From assembly GCA_013298455.1 (NCBI GenBank), contig JAAFHR010000001.1:1-43593 (forward strand): a DNA stretch of 43,593 nt. Reading direction: 5' to 3'. The notes under the pieces are model-generated. The model did no database searches, was not told where the DNA came from, and saw only the letters and a list, made by a program, of their open reading frames with translations. The position numbers and the translations under genes are program-made. This stretch comes from Betaproteobacteria bacterium (lineage in GTDB: Bacteria > Pseudomonadota > Gammaproteobacteria > Burkholderiales > Casimicrobiaceae). Each line of letters starts with the position of its first letter. Within the stretch, counting starts at the first letter, position 1. This document shows, in pieces, positions 1 through 9,269 of the stretch.

Positions 1-81
1 ATGCAGCACGCTTGATGTTGCTGCGAACAAGATTACCGCTGCCGTGGAGACACTCAATCTCGCTATTTGCATCGCTCGCAT
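1..81 (-). CDS. 5' end of a probable secreted protein (truncated by window edge)
   Basis: ATG at 81 preceded by AGGA; open frame MRAMQIARLSVSTAAVILFAATSSVLH runs off the window and looks like a Sec signal peptide; not in the ORF track. Confidence 0.55.
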   Translation of the reverse strand, partial: MRAMQIARLSVSTAAVILFAATSSVLH

Positions 82-191
82 GAAATTTCCTGTGTAAAGA
101 CGTAAGTTGCTGTGCCCCCCGACCAGGCTATTCTAATCGACAGACTAGTACAACTAACTATCCCAGCTGAGTGGTCAATTGAGGGCGATGC

Positions 192-221
192 AAAAAAAAG
201 GCGAGCCGCAGGCTCGCCTTT
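192..221 (-). terminator. Rho-independent terminator after the surface-layer gene
   Basis: Minus strand AAAGGCGAGCC-TGC-GGCTCGCC-TTTTTTTT, about 30 nt after the stop at 254. Confidence 0.9.
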
Positions 222-253
222 CAGGGTTACTGACACCGAAGTGTCAGCTTGTC

Positions 254-1855
254 TTAGAGTCCGCGCTGAATACGTGGATCAGACACAGAACGCGTGAAGC
301 GATGACCGTAAGCAGCCGCGAAGCTGGTAGAGGCGTTAGCCGTCTTCAGCTGTTGCACTGCGAAGCCAACTACTGGCAATCCGTAGTAAGTTGTTGCGTT
401 GCCCGTTGAAGGCGCGGCCGTGCTCTGGAGGTTGACGATCATCGTATTGCTGTTGGCCAGCATGTGGTACGAAGCCGATCCAGCGGTTCCACCTGGTGGG
501 AACGTCAAAGTTGCCCAGCCGCCCTCTTTGCCCGAACCATCGGCTACAGTTACGCCTTGGTTTTGAACAGCGTTGACCAGGTTAAAGAAGTTCTTCGAAC
601 CCAAAACGTTTGACTTCGCTGGATCCTTGATCTTACCGAAACCGAGCACGTTTGCTTCGTAGCACAGTGATGCATTAACAGTCAACAGCGAACCGCCGCC
701 GTCGCCCGCTCCTGCCGCACAGTCGGCTGTGTCGCCTTCTGGACGTGGCGAGAAGTCGTCTTCGGTAACACTGGTCGCCGAGTACTCTTCACGGTCAAAG
801 TCAGCCACAGAGAAATCGTCTTTCGACGTTTTCTTGTTCCAAACGCTTTGGAATGGCGCGATTGCCTTAGTCAACGACGTAGGGTTCGTGTAGAACCGCT
901 TCGTTGGCATCGTCAGAACCCAATCCGTACCAATGAGGTTGGAATTCAAATGCGCGTACTCATTCATGACCTTGTCGACCATGAGCGTTGCCGTGACAGA
1001 GTCACGACCTGCGTTAGCGCCAGTCCAGTTCGAAACGTAAACGTTTGAGCCGATCGACACGACCGAGTTGTAAGCACCCTTAAGACCACCGGCCAAGTTT
1101 GGATCGACCGAACCAGGCTGCGTGTAAATGACGTCTTCGTTCCAGTCAGCAAAAGCAACGGCGTTGTAGCCGCTGTTTGTGCCAGCACCTGGATTTACGA
1201 TGCTGCCAGAGCCAAACAGGCCACCGGTAGGATCATTCAGGGCCTTACTTGCTAAGACGGCGGTATGACCGACCAACTTACATGCTGGAGTCCAGCTGTT
1301 TGCTGAGGTGTGCTTTACGTCTTTCCAAAGATCTGATTCTGAATCGATATCGGCCATCTCGAGCATTTCGAGGTAGCCTTCGTTGGTGCGATCCAAGCCA
1401 GCATTCGCGCCGCCGTCGATCTTGTAAGCATCGTTACGGAAGGCAACGCCGTTAGGCTTGTCACGGAACGAAGGATTGGTGCAGCTACGATCGCTAACGT
1501 AAAGCGCTGCGCCGCCCACCGTTGGGGTGATGCCGGGAGCAAAGTACGAGCTCGCCGTCGCGGAAGCAACCAAGCCCGTCCATACGTCTTTCGGCGAAAG
1601 GAACAGGTTGAAGTCCAATACCTCTTGCGAGTTCTTGCCTTCAAGGAAGCGAACTTTAACGATCTTAGCTTGATCCGAAGTGTTTACTACAGACAGAAGC
1701 GTGCTGTTGCCATCACGGACGGTGTAGTAAGGATAAATCAGCGCTTGACCGATACCATCTGCGTTAACGTAAACCGCGTTTGCGGCACCTGCCAACGCAA
1801 ATGCACTTGCGCCTGCTACCGCTACCGCGAGCGATTTTTTCTTAAATGTATTCAT
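254..1855 (-). CDS. Putative S-layer / major cell-surface protein (NpdA-like family)
   Basis: Sec signal (MNTFKKKSLAVAVAGASAFALAGAANA|V); motifs GQALIYPYYTV, VVNT, KVRFLEGKNSQEVLDFNLFLSPKDVW, TDWVLTMPTK, GLPVVGF typical of beta/gammaproteobacterial surface-layer proteins; A/G/S/T/N-rich; strong RBS and terminator. Confidence 0.75.
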   Translation of the reverse strand: MNTFKKKSLAVAVAGASAFALAGAANAVYVNADGIGQALIYPYYTVRDGNSTLLSVVNTSDQAKIVKVRFLEGKNSQEVLDFNLFLSPKDVWTGLVASATASSYFAPGITPTVGGAALYVSDRSCTNPSFRDKPNGVAFRNDAYKIDGGANAGLDRTNEGYLEMLEMADIDSESDLWKDVKHTSANSWTPACKLVGHTAVLASKALNDPTGGLFGSGSIVNPGAGTNSGYNAVAFADWNEDVIYTQPGSVDPNLAGGLKGAYNSVVSIGSNVYVSNWTGANAGRDSVTATLMVDKVMNEYAHLNSNLIGTDWVLTMPTKRFYTNPTSLTKAIAPFQSVWNKKTSKDDFSVADFDREEYSATSVTEDDFSPRPEGDTADCAAGAGDGGGSLLTVNASLCYEANVLGFGKIKDPAKSNVLGSKNFFNLVNAVQNQGVTVADGSGKEGGWATLTFPPGGTAGSASYHMLANSNTMIVNLQSTAAPSTGNATTYYGLPVVGFAVQQLKTANASTSFAAAYGHRFTRSVSDPRIQRGL

Positions 1856-1936
1856 CTTAGATTTGACTCCTCTGCTTGAGATTTTGAGTGATCACTATAG
1901 AACCAACAGCAATAGTTATTTTGTGGTACTGAGCGA

Positions 1937-1966
1937 ATGATACACGAGGCTCGCTGCGGCTGTCTA
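1937..1966 (-). promoter_or_regulatory. Putative sigma70 promoter of the surface-layer gene
   Basis: Minus strand TAGACA-18 nt-TATCAT; RBS AGAGGAG at 1873-1867. Confidence 0.45.
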
Positions 1967-1970
1967 GTCT

Positions 1971-2423
1971 TTATTGCCTAACAAAGAACACGTCGCCTTC
2001 TTCCAGCACCCAACGCTCCTGAGCCGGAACAGCAACCTGCCGCCCGCTTACCCGCTGCATCGCTACCGTTACCATCACCTCTAGGTTTACGGTACAGCTT
2101 GTCGCAGCGCACTTTACATCGACAACTTTAGCATTTGCCGCGCGCAACGAATCCACGTGGCGCTTGATCATCGCCTCGGGATAGTCGATTCGGGATGCCT
2201 TGGAATAGAGCGCAAACGCAGCACTGGTGCGGCCTGCGATCGCATCTGCCCAACGCTGTGCAGCGCGCTCAGCGGTGCGCTTTTCCCACTTGGCAGCATC
2301 ATCGGCCATGGATACTGGCACCGACGTGCAACCAGAAAGCTGAGCAACCGACGCAAGCGCCACGAGCGCTGCAATTAGGGTTGCACGTGAACAATTTTGA
2401 GTTCCAATGTGTGTTGTGTACAT
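1971..2423 (-). CDS. Lipoprotein of unknown function between secretin and S-layer gene
   Basis: Hydrophobic stretch ending in lipobox LSG|C; ERAAQRW...ERWVLEEG pattern; starts 14 nt after the gspD stop. Confidence 0.8.
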   Translation of the reverse strand: MYTTHIGTQNCSRATLIAALVALASVAQLSGCTSVPVSMADDAAKWEKRTAERAAQRWADAIAGRTSAAFALYSKASRIDYPEAMIKRHVDSLRAANAKVVDVKCAATSCTVNLEVMVTVAMQRVSGRQVAVPAQERWVLEEGDVFFVRQ

Positions 2424-2437
2424 ACAACAGTCCTGAG

Positions 2438-4786
2438 TTATTGTGAGCTCTTTTGCTGCGTCACGCCGCCCGCATCGAGCCGAAGCGAACGCGCGAAGTC
2501 AGCCGGAATGGCCGGAGTGGGCGGTTTGGCGTCTAAGCGCAAGTTTTCTGCGCGCCGAGCCGCTTTGACTTCAGCCGACGACGGCTGATCGAGTGTTCCG
2601 ACGGCTGGCAAGAGCATCTCGATGTTTTGCATCTTTCGTCGCAGCTCGTCAACGGCGTCGCGCGTGTCCTCAACCGTCGACAGGATTCGGGGGGTGATTA
2701 GCATCACCACTTCCGTGCGCGAGTTGTTCCAGCGTTGTTTGCCGAAGAGCGCGCCAAGCACGGGAATGGTCGACACAATAGGCAATCCTTCGGAGCCTAC
2801 CCCGCCGGTCTCTGTGAATAGGCCTCCCATGAGCATGGTGTCGCCGTTGGTGACCATGACGTTGGTTGACTGTGAATTCTGGGTGATGGGTGGGTTTGGG
2901 TTGTCGCCTTTTGCGACCCCGGGGGAGCTGTTTTGCTGTTGAATTTCGAGAAACACATTGTTGCCACTCACGCGCGGCGTCACGGTAAGCGTCAGCCCAG
3001 TATTTATGTATTGAAACGAATTAATCGCCGACGTGTTGGTCGTCGCAGCAGCCTGCTGTGTTTGAACGGAAATCTGGCTACCGTTTGTAAATGTGACTTT
3101 CTGATTGTCCAGAGTGACCAGAACTGGCGAAGCCAACGTGCGCGCCTGACTTTTTGCCTGTAGCGTATCAAGTGTCGCCTTAACGCCCGCCGCCGCACCA
3201 GCGCCTTGCCAGACGTAGCGAAAGCCGCTGGCGCTGTTGGATCCAGCGCCAATGTTTGACGACAATTGATTGAGAGTAGATCCCGGATTCTTCAGGAAAT
3301 CGGCGGCAAAGCCAAAGCTCACGGAGTTGTCGAGCGTGACCTCAGCGATCTGCACCTCGATAGCAACCTGCTTGGGAGCAGTATCAAGTTTCTTGATTGC
3401 TGATTCAATTGCCGAGTACTCACTCGGCGTCGCAACGATCAACAGAGCATTTCGATCCTTGTCTGCGATCACTGTCGCATTTCGCGCGAGCCCAATCTGA
3501 CCTTGCCCCGCCGCTGCCGAATTTGCGGCGGTCGGTCTTGGCGTGCCAGCAGCAGCCACGTTTCCTGGGGTCACAATCGACTGGCCGGCGATAGGGCTCT
3601 GCGGCGCACCGATCACACTCTGCTGCTGACCGGGTGCAACGGTCGCTTGCGCTGCGGTTTGTGCGCGTCCGGACAGCGCTTGCTGCAGCACAGCTTGCAG
3701 CTTTTCGGCCTGCGTGTATTGCAACGTGTAGACGTAAAGGCGCGCACCTCCACCCGCATCGTTACCGCTATCGAGCCGCTCAATCAATCGCTGCGCCTCC
3801 TTGACGACGTCGGGGTTGGGAGAAATCACCAATAATGAGTTCATCCGTTCGATGGGAATGAGACGAACCAACCCGGCCAACGGATTAGCGTTCGCCGGAA
3901 ATATTCGCTCCCAATCCTGAACCACCGTTTTTACCTCTGCGCTCTGTAGAGGGTAAATCACAAACGACATGCCAGACAACAAGTCAACGTCAAACATCTC
4001 AGCGACATCGACCAAATGTCGCAACTCATTCTCAGTGCCAAAAAGGAACAACAGATTACGAACTTCGTCTACTCGGATCGCAGCCTCGGGTTGCTTCGCA
4101 AATGGTTTGATGAGTCGCTCAAGCTCTTTTGCCCCGATGTACTTGACCGGCAGGATGACAACGCTATTACCCGGCCCCAGCACCCGCGCGTTCACCCGCG
4201 GAATCAGATTCCCCGGAACAGCCTCGGCAGCGGGAAGCACTTTCCAGAAGCTGCCGTCACGCACCAGCGCGAAATTGGCGCTGCGTAGCAACATTTCGAG
4301 CGTAGGAATGAGCTCGGACCGAGCTAGCGGCTTTGGCGTGCGTACCGTAATGGTGCCGCTTACCGACGGATGCAAGATCACGTTCTCTTGAAGGGTTTTC
4401 TCGAGGATATCTTTAATTAGCTCCCGAAGATCGCCGTTCTCCAAATTCAAACTGATAGGCGCACCGTCAGTGGCAGGACGAGCGGCGCGCGCGCGCGGAG
4501 CCTTGACGAGCTCGCCCGTGCCAAGCGAGACATAAGGCTCGGACTTGCGCGCCGTGTCAGTTGGAGCCTGCGGCAAATCGACTGGAGCGACTATCGGTTG
4601 ACTCGCTACAGGCCTCGGCGAAAGGTTGCTCGAACCCGGAGCGGGCTGCACGGTGTCTGCCGGCGAAGACGCGCAACCGACGAGCTGCACGATGAGCGTG
4701 ATCGTGATTGAGAGGAGGAATCCGCGCGAGAAGCGCGGGGTTTTCCGCGACAAGTCGCTGAAAACGGGCGGAAGACTAGGCATCAT
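2438..4786 (-). CDS. gspD: Type II secretion secretin GspD (XpsD-like, with lipobox)
   Basis: N0 motif SLNLENGDLRELI, N-domain repeats, secretin core (QVAIEVQIAEV, GLPIVSTIPVLGALF, TEVVMLITPRI); LVG|C lipobox. Confidence 0.95.
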   Translation of the reverse strand: MMPSLPPVFSDLSRKTPRFSRGFLLSITITLIVQLVGCASSPADTVQPAPGSSNLSPRPVASQPIVAPVDLPQAPTDTARKSEPYVSLGTGELVKAPRARAARPATDGAPISLNLENGDLRELIKDILEKTLQENVILHPSVSGTITVRTPKPLARSELIPTLEMLLRSANFALVRDGSFWKVLPAAEAVPGNLIPRVNARVLGPGNSVVILPVKYIGAKELERLIKPFAKQPEAAIRVDEVRNLLFLFGTENELRHLVDVAEMFDVDLLSGMSFVIYPLQSAEVKTVVQDWERIFPANANPLAGLVRLIPIERMNSLLVISPNPDVVKEAQRLIERLDSGNDAGGGARLYVYTLQYTQAEKLQAVLQQALSGRAQTAAQATVAPGQQQSVIGAPQSPIAGQSIVTPGNVAAAGTPRPTAANSAAAGQGQIGLARNATVIADKDRNALLIVATPSEYSAIESAIKKLDTAPKQVAIEVQIAEVTLDNSVSFGFAADFLKNPGSTLNQLSSNIGAGSNSASGFRYVWQGAGAAAGVKATLDTLQAKSQARTLASPVLVTLDNQKVTFTNGSQISVQTQQAAATTNTSAINSFQYINTGLTLTVTPRVSGNNVFLEIQQQNSSPGVAKGDNPNPPITQNSQSTNVMVTNGDTMLMGGLFTETGGVGSEGLPIVSTIPVLGALFGKQRWNNSRTEVVMLITPRILSTVEDTRDAVDELRRKMQNIEMLLPAVGTLDQPSSAEVKAARRAENLRLDAKPPTPAIPADFARSLRLDAGGVTQQKSSQ

Positions 4787-5547
4787 TGTGTTTGACCAAA
4801 CCTCGCGCGACGACGCGCTTCGATGAACGCATCGGCGTTCGCTGTGGTGTGCGGCATGCCGTTGGGCAGCGGCCGTTCTGAAATCAGGGCGTTCACGTCG
4901 CGACCGGCGGCCGGTACCGGAGCGGCCGGGGGCGTCACAGCGAGTTGCGGCGAAACGACGGGTGGCGCAGCGGAGGGGGGAGGCGCGGTCGCCTGCGGCG
5001 CTGAAGGCGGTGCTGGGGGTGCCGGCGCGGGTCGCTGAGGTACGCGACCTGAAGCAGTAAATTGGGGTAGCTCAAGTTCGTCGGTCTCGCCAGCAAACGC
5101 CAAAACGACACGGTTCGCGCCAATCGAGCGCACGGATAACTCGTTGAGAGTATCCCCCACTCGAACGCTTCGAACTCGATTGGTCTCCTTTTCGCGCAAT
5201 TGCGCGTATGGCGCGTTGCCCGCATCGATCACACCGATAACTTCGTACAACCCCCTCCGAATCTGCGGCTTCGGGGGTTCTGGGGCGACGGCGACGGCCG
5301 CTTGCGTGGGCGCGGGGCGGCGTGTGGGATTGAGCAATGGCCTCTCGGCGATTTGTGCGTAGGCGCTGGCGTCGGCTGAGAGTTTGAAATCCGGCAAAAC
5401 GGCGGCGCCGTCAGGCTTGGCGTTGGGCGCACGAAGGTTCACATCGGGCTCGGCGAGGCCTTGGCCCCAGTCGGTTGCCCAGCCGAGTGCGCCGAGTAGT
5501 GCTACAGCGAGAACGGTGAGTAATTTTTGAAGCGTGGTGAGGCTCAT
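4783..5547 (-). CDS. gspN: T2SS protein XpsN/GspC-like
   Basis: N-terminal TM helix, ERPLLNPTRRP motif, HR-like beta domain, Pro-rich tail; lies between gspM and gspD as in xps operons. Confidence 0.65.
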   Translation of the reverse strand: MSLTTLQKLLTVLAVALLGALGWATDWGQGLAEPDVNLRAPNAKPDGAAVLPDFKLSADASAYAQIAERPLLNPTRRPAPTQAAVAVAPEPPKPQIRRGLYEVIGVIDAGNAPYAQLREKETNRVRSVRVGDTLNELSVRSIGANRVVLAFAGETDELELPQFTASGRVPQRPAPAPPAPPSAPQATAPPPSAAPPVVSPQLAVTPPAAPVPAAGRDVNALISERPLPNGMPHTTANADAFIEARRRARFGQTQ

Positions 5548-6170
5548 GATTTCACCGGTGTCGAGGCTGTGCTACCCGCGCCTTGGGAGGGCGTTCTCGG
5601 TACAACTTTTGCACCGTAGGCCTGTACTTCAAGTTGAGCGGACACCTCGGGCTCTTGATTGGGCTGGGGCTTGAAACCGCGCGGGACGGTCGCTCGCAAG
5701 GTCAGGTTTTCAATGAACAGATACGGCAGCGCGGTCTCGATGGCGTAGAGCGTTTTCTGGACGTTTGCTGGCGTGCCATTGAAGCCGATGTTGAGCGAGT
5801 ACACGCGGTAGCCGGAGTCCTCTCTCACCGTGGCAGGCTGAATCGAAGTGAGCCGCGCGCCATTGGATTCGATCATGGGCCGAACCAGATCGGTGAGCTC
5901 GGCACCTGCTGCGGTGGGGATCACGTTTTTGAGGTAGAAACGAGCGCCTTCGCGGGCTTTTAGCACGTCGAGCGCCCGTTGATGTTCGGGCTTATGCGCG
6001 GCCAACTTTTGATAGCGCTCAATCTTTTCTTCGGCGGCGGCGCTGACCCGATCGTAGCGCTGATGCAGCACGTACGCGGGCCATGCGATCGCCGCAACAA
6101 CGGCGCAGACGCACAGCAACGCTAGCGCCAGCGCCAAAGTTCGCCCTTTGCTGCCGGTGGGCAATATCAT
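5544..6170 (-). CDS. gspM: T2SS protein GspM (XpsM-like)
   Basis: Single TM, coiled coil, LYAIETALPYLFIENL motif; 4-nt overlaps with neighbours. Confidence 0.85.
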   Translation of the reverse strand: MILPTGSKGRTLALALALLCVCAVVAAIAWPAYVLHQRYDRVSAAAEEKIERYQKLAAHKPEHQRALDVLKAREGARFYLKNVIPTAAGAELTDLVRPMIESNGARLTSIQPATVREDSGYRVYSLNIGFNGTPANVQKTLYAIETALPYLFIENLTLRATVPRGFKPQPNQEPEVSAQLEVQAYGAKVVPRTPSQGAGSTASTPVKS

Positions 6171-7549
6171 TGTTTTCTCTCCGGCGCTGCGCCAGGTGTC
6201 ATCGCTGCGGGGCTAGGCGCGGGCGCGACTTTCGTGCTGTCTGCTTTTGTACTGGTTGCGCCCGAAGCCAACGGAGCTGGCACAGCGGGGTTCGGCGGCT
6301 TCGCGCCGTCTGCAGGGGATTTCGGTGCGTCGGCTGCGGTTGATTTTGGGGTCTCAGGGACCTTACCTGCAGTTAGCGGCGCTCCCGCCGCACTGCTCGG
6401 GGCGACTTGCATCGGCGTACCAAGTAACGTGGCGGAATCGGCCAAAGTCATGCCCGCTGGGGCTGCGACACTCACCAATTCACCGGCGAAATGAAAGCGT
6501 TCGGCGTTCGGCGCCACACGAGTCATCGCGGCTTTCAACACCGGCTCTTTGAGCAACGATGATTCCTGAACGATTTGCAAAAGCTTCGCGCCGCTGCCGG
6601 TTTCGCCCTGCACGATCACTTCGCGCGTCTTGCTGTTGGCTTGCGGTTTGATTTCGAATGACTGCGCCCAGGTGTCGTCGGGCAAGCGCTTGCCGATGTC
6701 TTCGAGCACTTGCACGGCAATCGGAGTGGCGTGCTTGCGTTTGAGCAACAGGTTGTATTCACCGAGCTGCTTATCGAGCTGGCGCTGAATCACCGTGGCG
6801 GTTTCAGCTTCAGCACGAGCCGCCGTTTCCATGGGCATTAGCGCGATCACATACTGGCGCTTTTTAAAGATCGGGTACGCCACCAGAGCAATTACGAGCC
6901 CCAGGCAGAGCAGCGCCAGCAGCGGGGTGAGCCAGTTCGATTTGGTTGCGTCCGCGGGTTGCTTTCGTGACAACTTAAACAAGTCAATGCCGTGGTCAAC
7001 GTCGGTCGTTGAGAGCGCGAGTCGATCGACGCCTGCGCCCAACTCGCGTGCCTCTTTGATCATCGCATCGACCCGCGCCTTGGGCGCAGCGAGCACCTCG
7101 GCCACACAAATGCCTTTGGCATTGTCACGGCGTAGCACTCGAAAATCATAGTACAGGTCGTCGGGCTTGAGCGGCGTCAATCGATCAAGCTCAAAGGCCA
7201 ACACTTGCGCGAGCCGATCCTCAACGGTGATCGGAAGCGCTACTTCACGCCGGAATCCGTTTCGCTCGCCAATGAGCAGCGTGGCGGGCTTGAGTTTCGA
7301 GGCGTCGCCCGAGAGCAATTTGTTACGAGCGAGCGGCGCGCTATCGCCAAAATCCGCGCCGCTGGGCCAAATTTTTCCGTCAGCTATCGACAGCAGCAGC
7401 GGCCGCGCGCCACGCTGAGAGCGCTGACGGATGCCGCTTGGGATGCATTCGATCAGATGTTGCTTCCACCACTTGAGAAAATGCGCCCCCGATGCGGCGT
7501 TATAGCCGTCGCTCACGGGCAGAGCCGCGTTGGGTGGCACGCTACTCAT
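6167..7549 (-). CDS. gspL: T2SS protein GspL (PilN-like periplasmic domain)
   Basis: FLKWWKQHL and FELDRLTPLKPDDLYYD motifs, central TM, LPDDTW PilN-like motif; Pro/Ala-rich tail. Confidence 0.85.
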   Translation of the reverse strand: MSSVPPNAALPVSDGYNAASGAHFLKWWKQHLIECIPSGIRQRSQRGARPLLLSIADGKIWPSGADFGDSAPLARNKLLSGDASKLKPATLLIGERNGFRREVALPITVEDRLAQVLAFELDRLTPLKPDDLYYDFRVLRRDNAKGICVAEVLAAPKARVDAMIKEARELGAGVDRLALSTTDVDHGIDLFKLSRKQPADATKSNWLTPLLALLCLGLVIALVAYPIFKKRQYVIALMPMETAARAEAETATVIQRQLDKQLGEYNLLLKRKHATPIAVQVLEDIGKRLPDDTWAQSFEIKPQANSKTREVIVQGETGSGAKLLQIVQESSLLKEPVLKAAMTRVAPNAERFHFAGELVSVAAPAGMTLADSATLLGTPMQVAPSSAAGAPLTAGKVPETPKSTAADAPKSPADGAKPPNPAVPAPLASGATSTKADSTKVAPAPSPAAMTPGAAPERKQ

Positions 7550-8526
7550 CGGGTCGAACCCTGAGCGGGCTGAATGACGCTGTCACCTGCAACGCTAGGG
7601 CGGGTGGCCTCGCGGCCACGTTGCCAGAGGTAAAACTGCGGGCGGGCTTCAGCGGTTGTATTGACGCGAACGGAGGCTTCGCGCGTGGCGCGAAGGCCGT
7701 CGGCAGATCGCGCCTCGGCGGAAATGCGCACAGAGCTTCCGCCGGTGGCGAAGTAAGGGCTAGAAAACGGGATCGCAGGTACGGAGATGCCCTCTTGCAG
7801 CGCGGCGTCTCGCTCAGACACCCACGATTGCACGAGCGAGGCATCGAGCCCGGGCACCATAGAGAGCAAGGCGCCCGAGGCCGTCATGGGATCGACACCT
7901 GCCGAGCGCGATTGCACTGTCAGGTAGGGCGCTACAGCCGAAAAAATCTGCGGGGTCACACCCATCACGTTTTGTAGTTCCTCGATTGCGATAAAAAAGT
8001 CGTTACTGGGCACAGTTTTCTTGCCCGAGGCACGGTAGTCGTCGGCTTCAGCCCCATTGGGCCGCTTTAGATTATCAGCGTCCGTCCAATCTTTGACGGC
8101 CGCCACGATGTTCACCGCGTCCTCTTCGGCAACCCCGGCGCTGGCGAATACATTTTTGAGTAGCGCTTCGGCAGCAAAGTTCAAATCGATTTTAGCAGCC
8201 TCATTGCGGGCTGAAACCGCGATTTGAAAGCCGTTTTCGGTCATTTCATGCGTCATTCCGTTGGCTTTCCACTGGGCCAGTGCGAGCGTTGCGTCAGCAG
8301 CACGGGGGCGAGCGAGCTCAAAAAGCATCCGATGAACAGCGCCATCCGCCGCAGCTTGTAGCTTTGCAATCATCAGCGCGTTAGCGGTCATCTGCGTTGA
8401 TAGACGCTGCGATTCGCTAAACGGCAGCGCGATCAGCGATAGAAAAATCACGAGACCGAGCACGACCAGGAGCGCAATGCCGCGCTGGGCTTTGCGAGCA
8501 ATCCGGCGAAGACTAATACTCATCAC
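7546..8526 (-). CDS. gspK: T2SS minor pseudopilin GspK
   Basis: QRG|IALLVVL prepilin site lacking E5; KIDLN, DWTDAD, GAE, EELQNVMGV motifs. Confidence 0.92.
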   Translation of the reverse strand: MMSISLRRIARKAQRGIALLVVLGLVIFLSLIALPFSESQRLSTQMTANALMIAKLQAAADGAVHRMLFELARPRAADATLALAQWKANGMTHEMTENGFQIAVSARNEAAKIDLNFAAEALLKNVFASAGVAEEDAVNIVAAVKDWTDADNLKRPNGAEADDYRASGKKTVPSNDFFIAIEELQNVMGVTPQIFSAVAPYLTVQSRSAGVDPMTASGALLSMVPGLDASLVQSWVSERDAALQEGISVPAIPFSSPYFATGGSSVRISAEARSADGLRATREASVRVNTTAEARPQFYLWQRGREATRPSVAGDSVIQPAQGSTR

Positions 8527-9269
8527 TGCCGCCTAACGCTGCCATCGATTTGGCAGCGCTGCTTGCTGAAATCGAAGTTACAACCCACCGCTTGGGTGAT
8601 TTTGAGCGGCACTACCAAATCGGGCCAGCGATAGCCGCCGGTTTCGGTCACGCGGATTTTCACGAGCGATGGCATCCGCGAGATTTCGTCCCAACTCTCC
8701 ACCCAGTTGCCGCCGTCGGGCTGCAGCACGGGATCGTCGCCCGGATCAAAGTACGACAGCGCCAAGGTATCGATCCGATCTGCCAAAACAATGGCTTCGC
8801 CCGATTTCACATCGGGCACGTCTTTGGTCTCCGGATCTTGTGGCAGGCGTTGCAACACCAACTGCCGCTTCTGCGCTAGGTCACGCACCGAGAGCTGCCA
8901 CCAAAGCACGCCGCCCTCAGCGATGTAGGACGTGACCGGCGCAAGGTAGGTGATGCTGTCGCTGCGACCATTGAATTTCAGGGGCTGGTTGAGCTCGCGC
9001 CGCCACCGAAGCGGCAGCGTGTTGGCGATGTGTTCGCTCAGAAACGCGTGGGTGCGGGTGTACTGTTCGCTGCGCTCGTTCGATGTGGTGGTGGCCGTTG
9101 TGCTCTGCTCGGCGTTTCTGACCGTGCCGAGCAGGATCGTGGCCAAAAGCGCAAAGAGGATCATCGCAGCGAGCACTTCGATGAGGGTGAAGCCGCGTAG
9201 GTGTTGCGCGCTGCCGCTCCCACTGCGGGTGAAAAACCTTACGGCCGTGTGATCGTTCACCGCTTTCAT
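8523..9269 (-). CDS. gspJ: T2SS minor pseudopilin GspJ
   Basis: RG|FTLIEVL prepilin site; W..SW...MPSLVKI...WP C-terminal motif; operon position. Confidence 0.88.
   Translation of the reverse strand: MKAVNDHTAVRFFTRSGSGSAQHLRGFTLIEVLAAMILFALLATILLGTVRNAEQSTTATTTSNERSEQYTRTHAFLSEHIANTLPLRWRRELNQPLKFNGRSDSITYLAPVTSYIAEGGVLWWQLSVRDLAQKRQLVLQRLPQDPETKDVPDVKSGEAIVLADRIDTLALSYFDPGDDPVLQPDGGNWVESWDEISRMPSLVKIRVTETGGYRWPDLVVPLKITQAVGCNFDFSKQRCQIDGSVRRQ

Noticed and set aside
142-1970. AGACTAG / CTAGTCT inverted 7-mers flanking the S-layer gene as inversion sites
   Set aside because: Too short to exceed chance and no recombinase nearby
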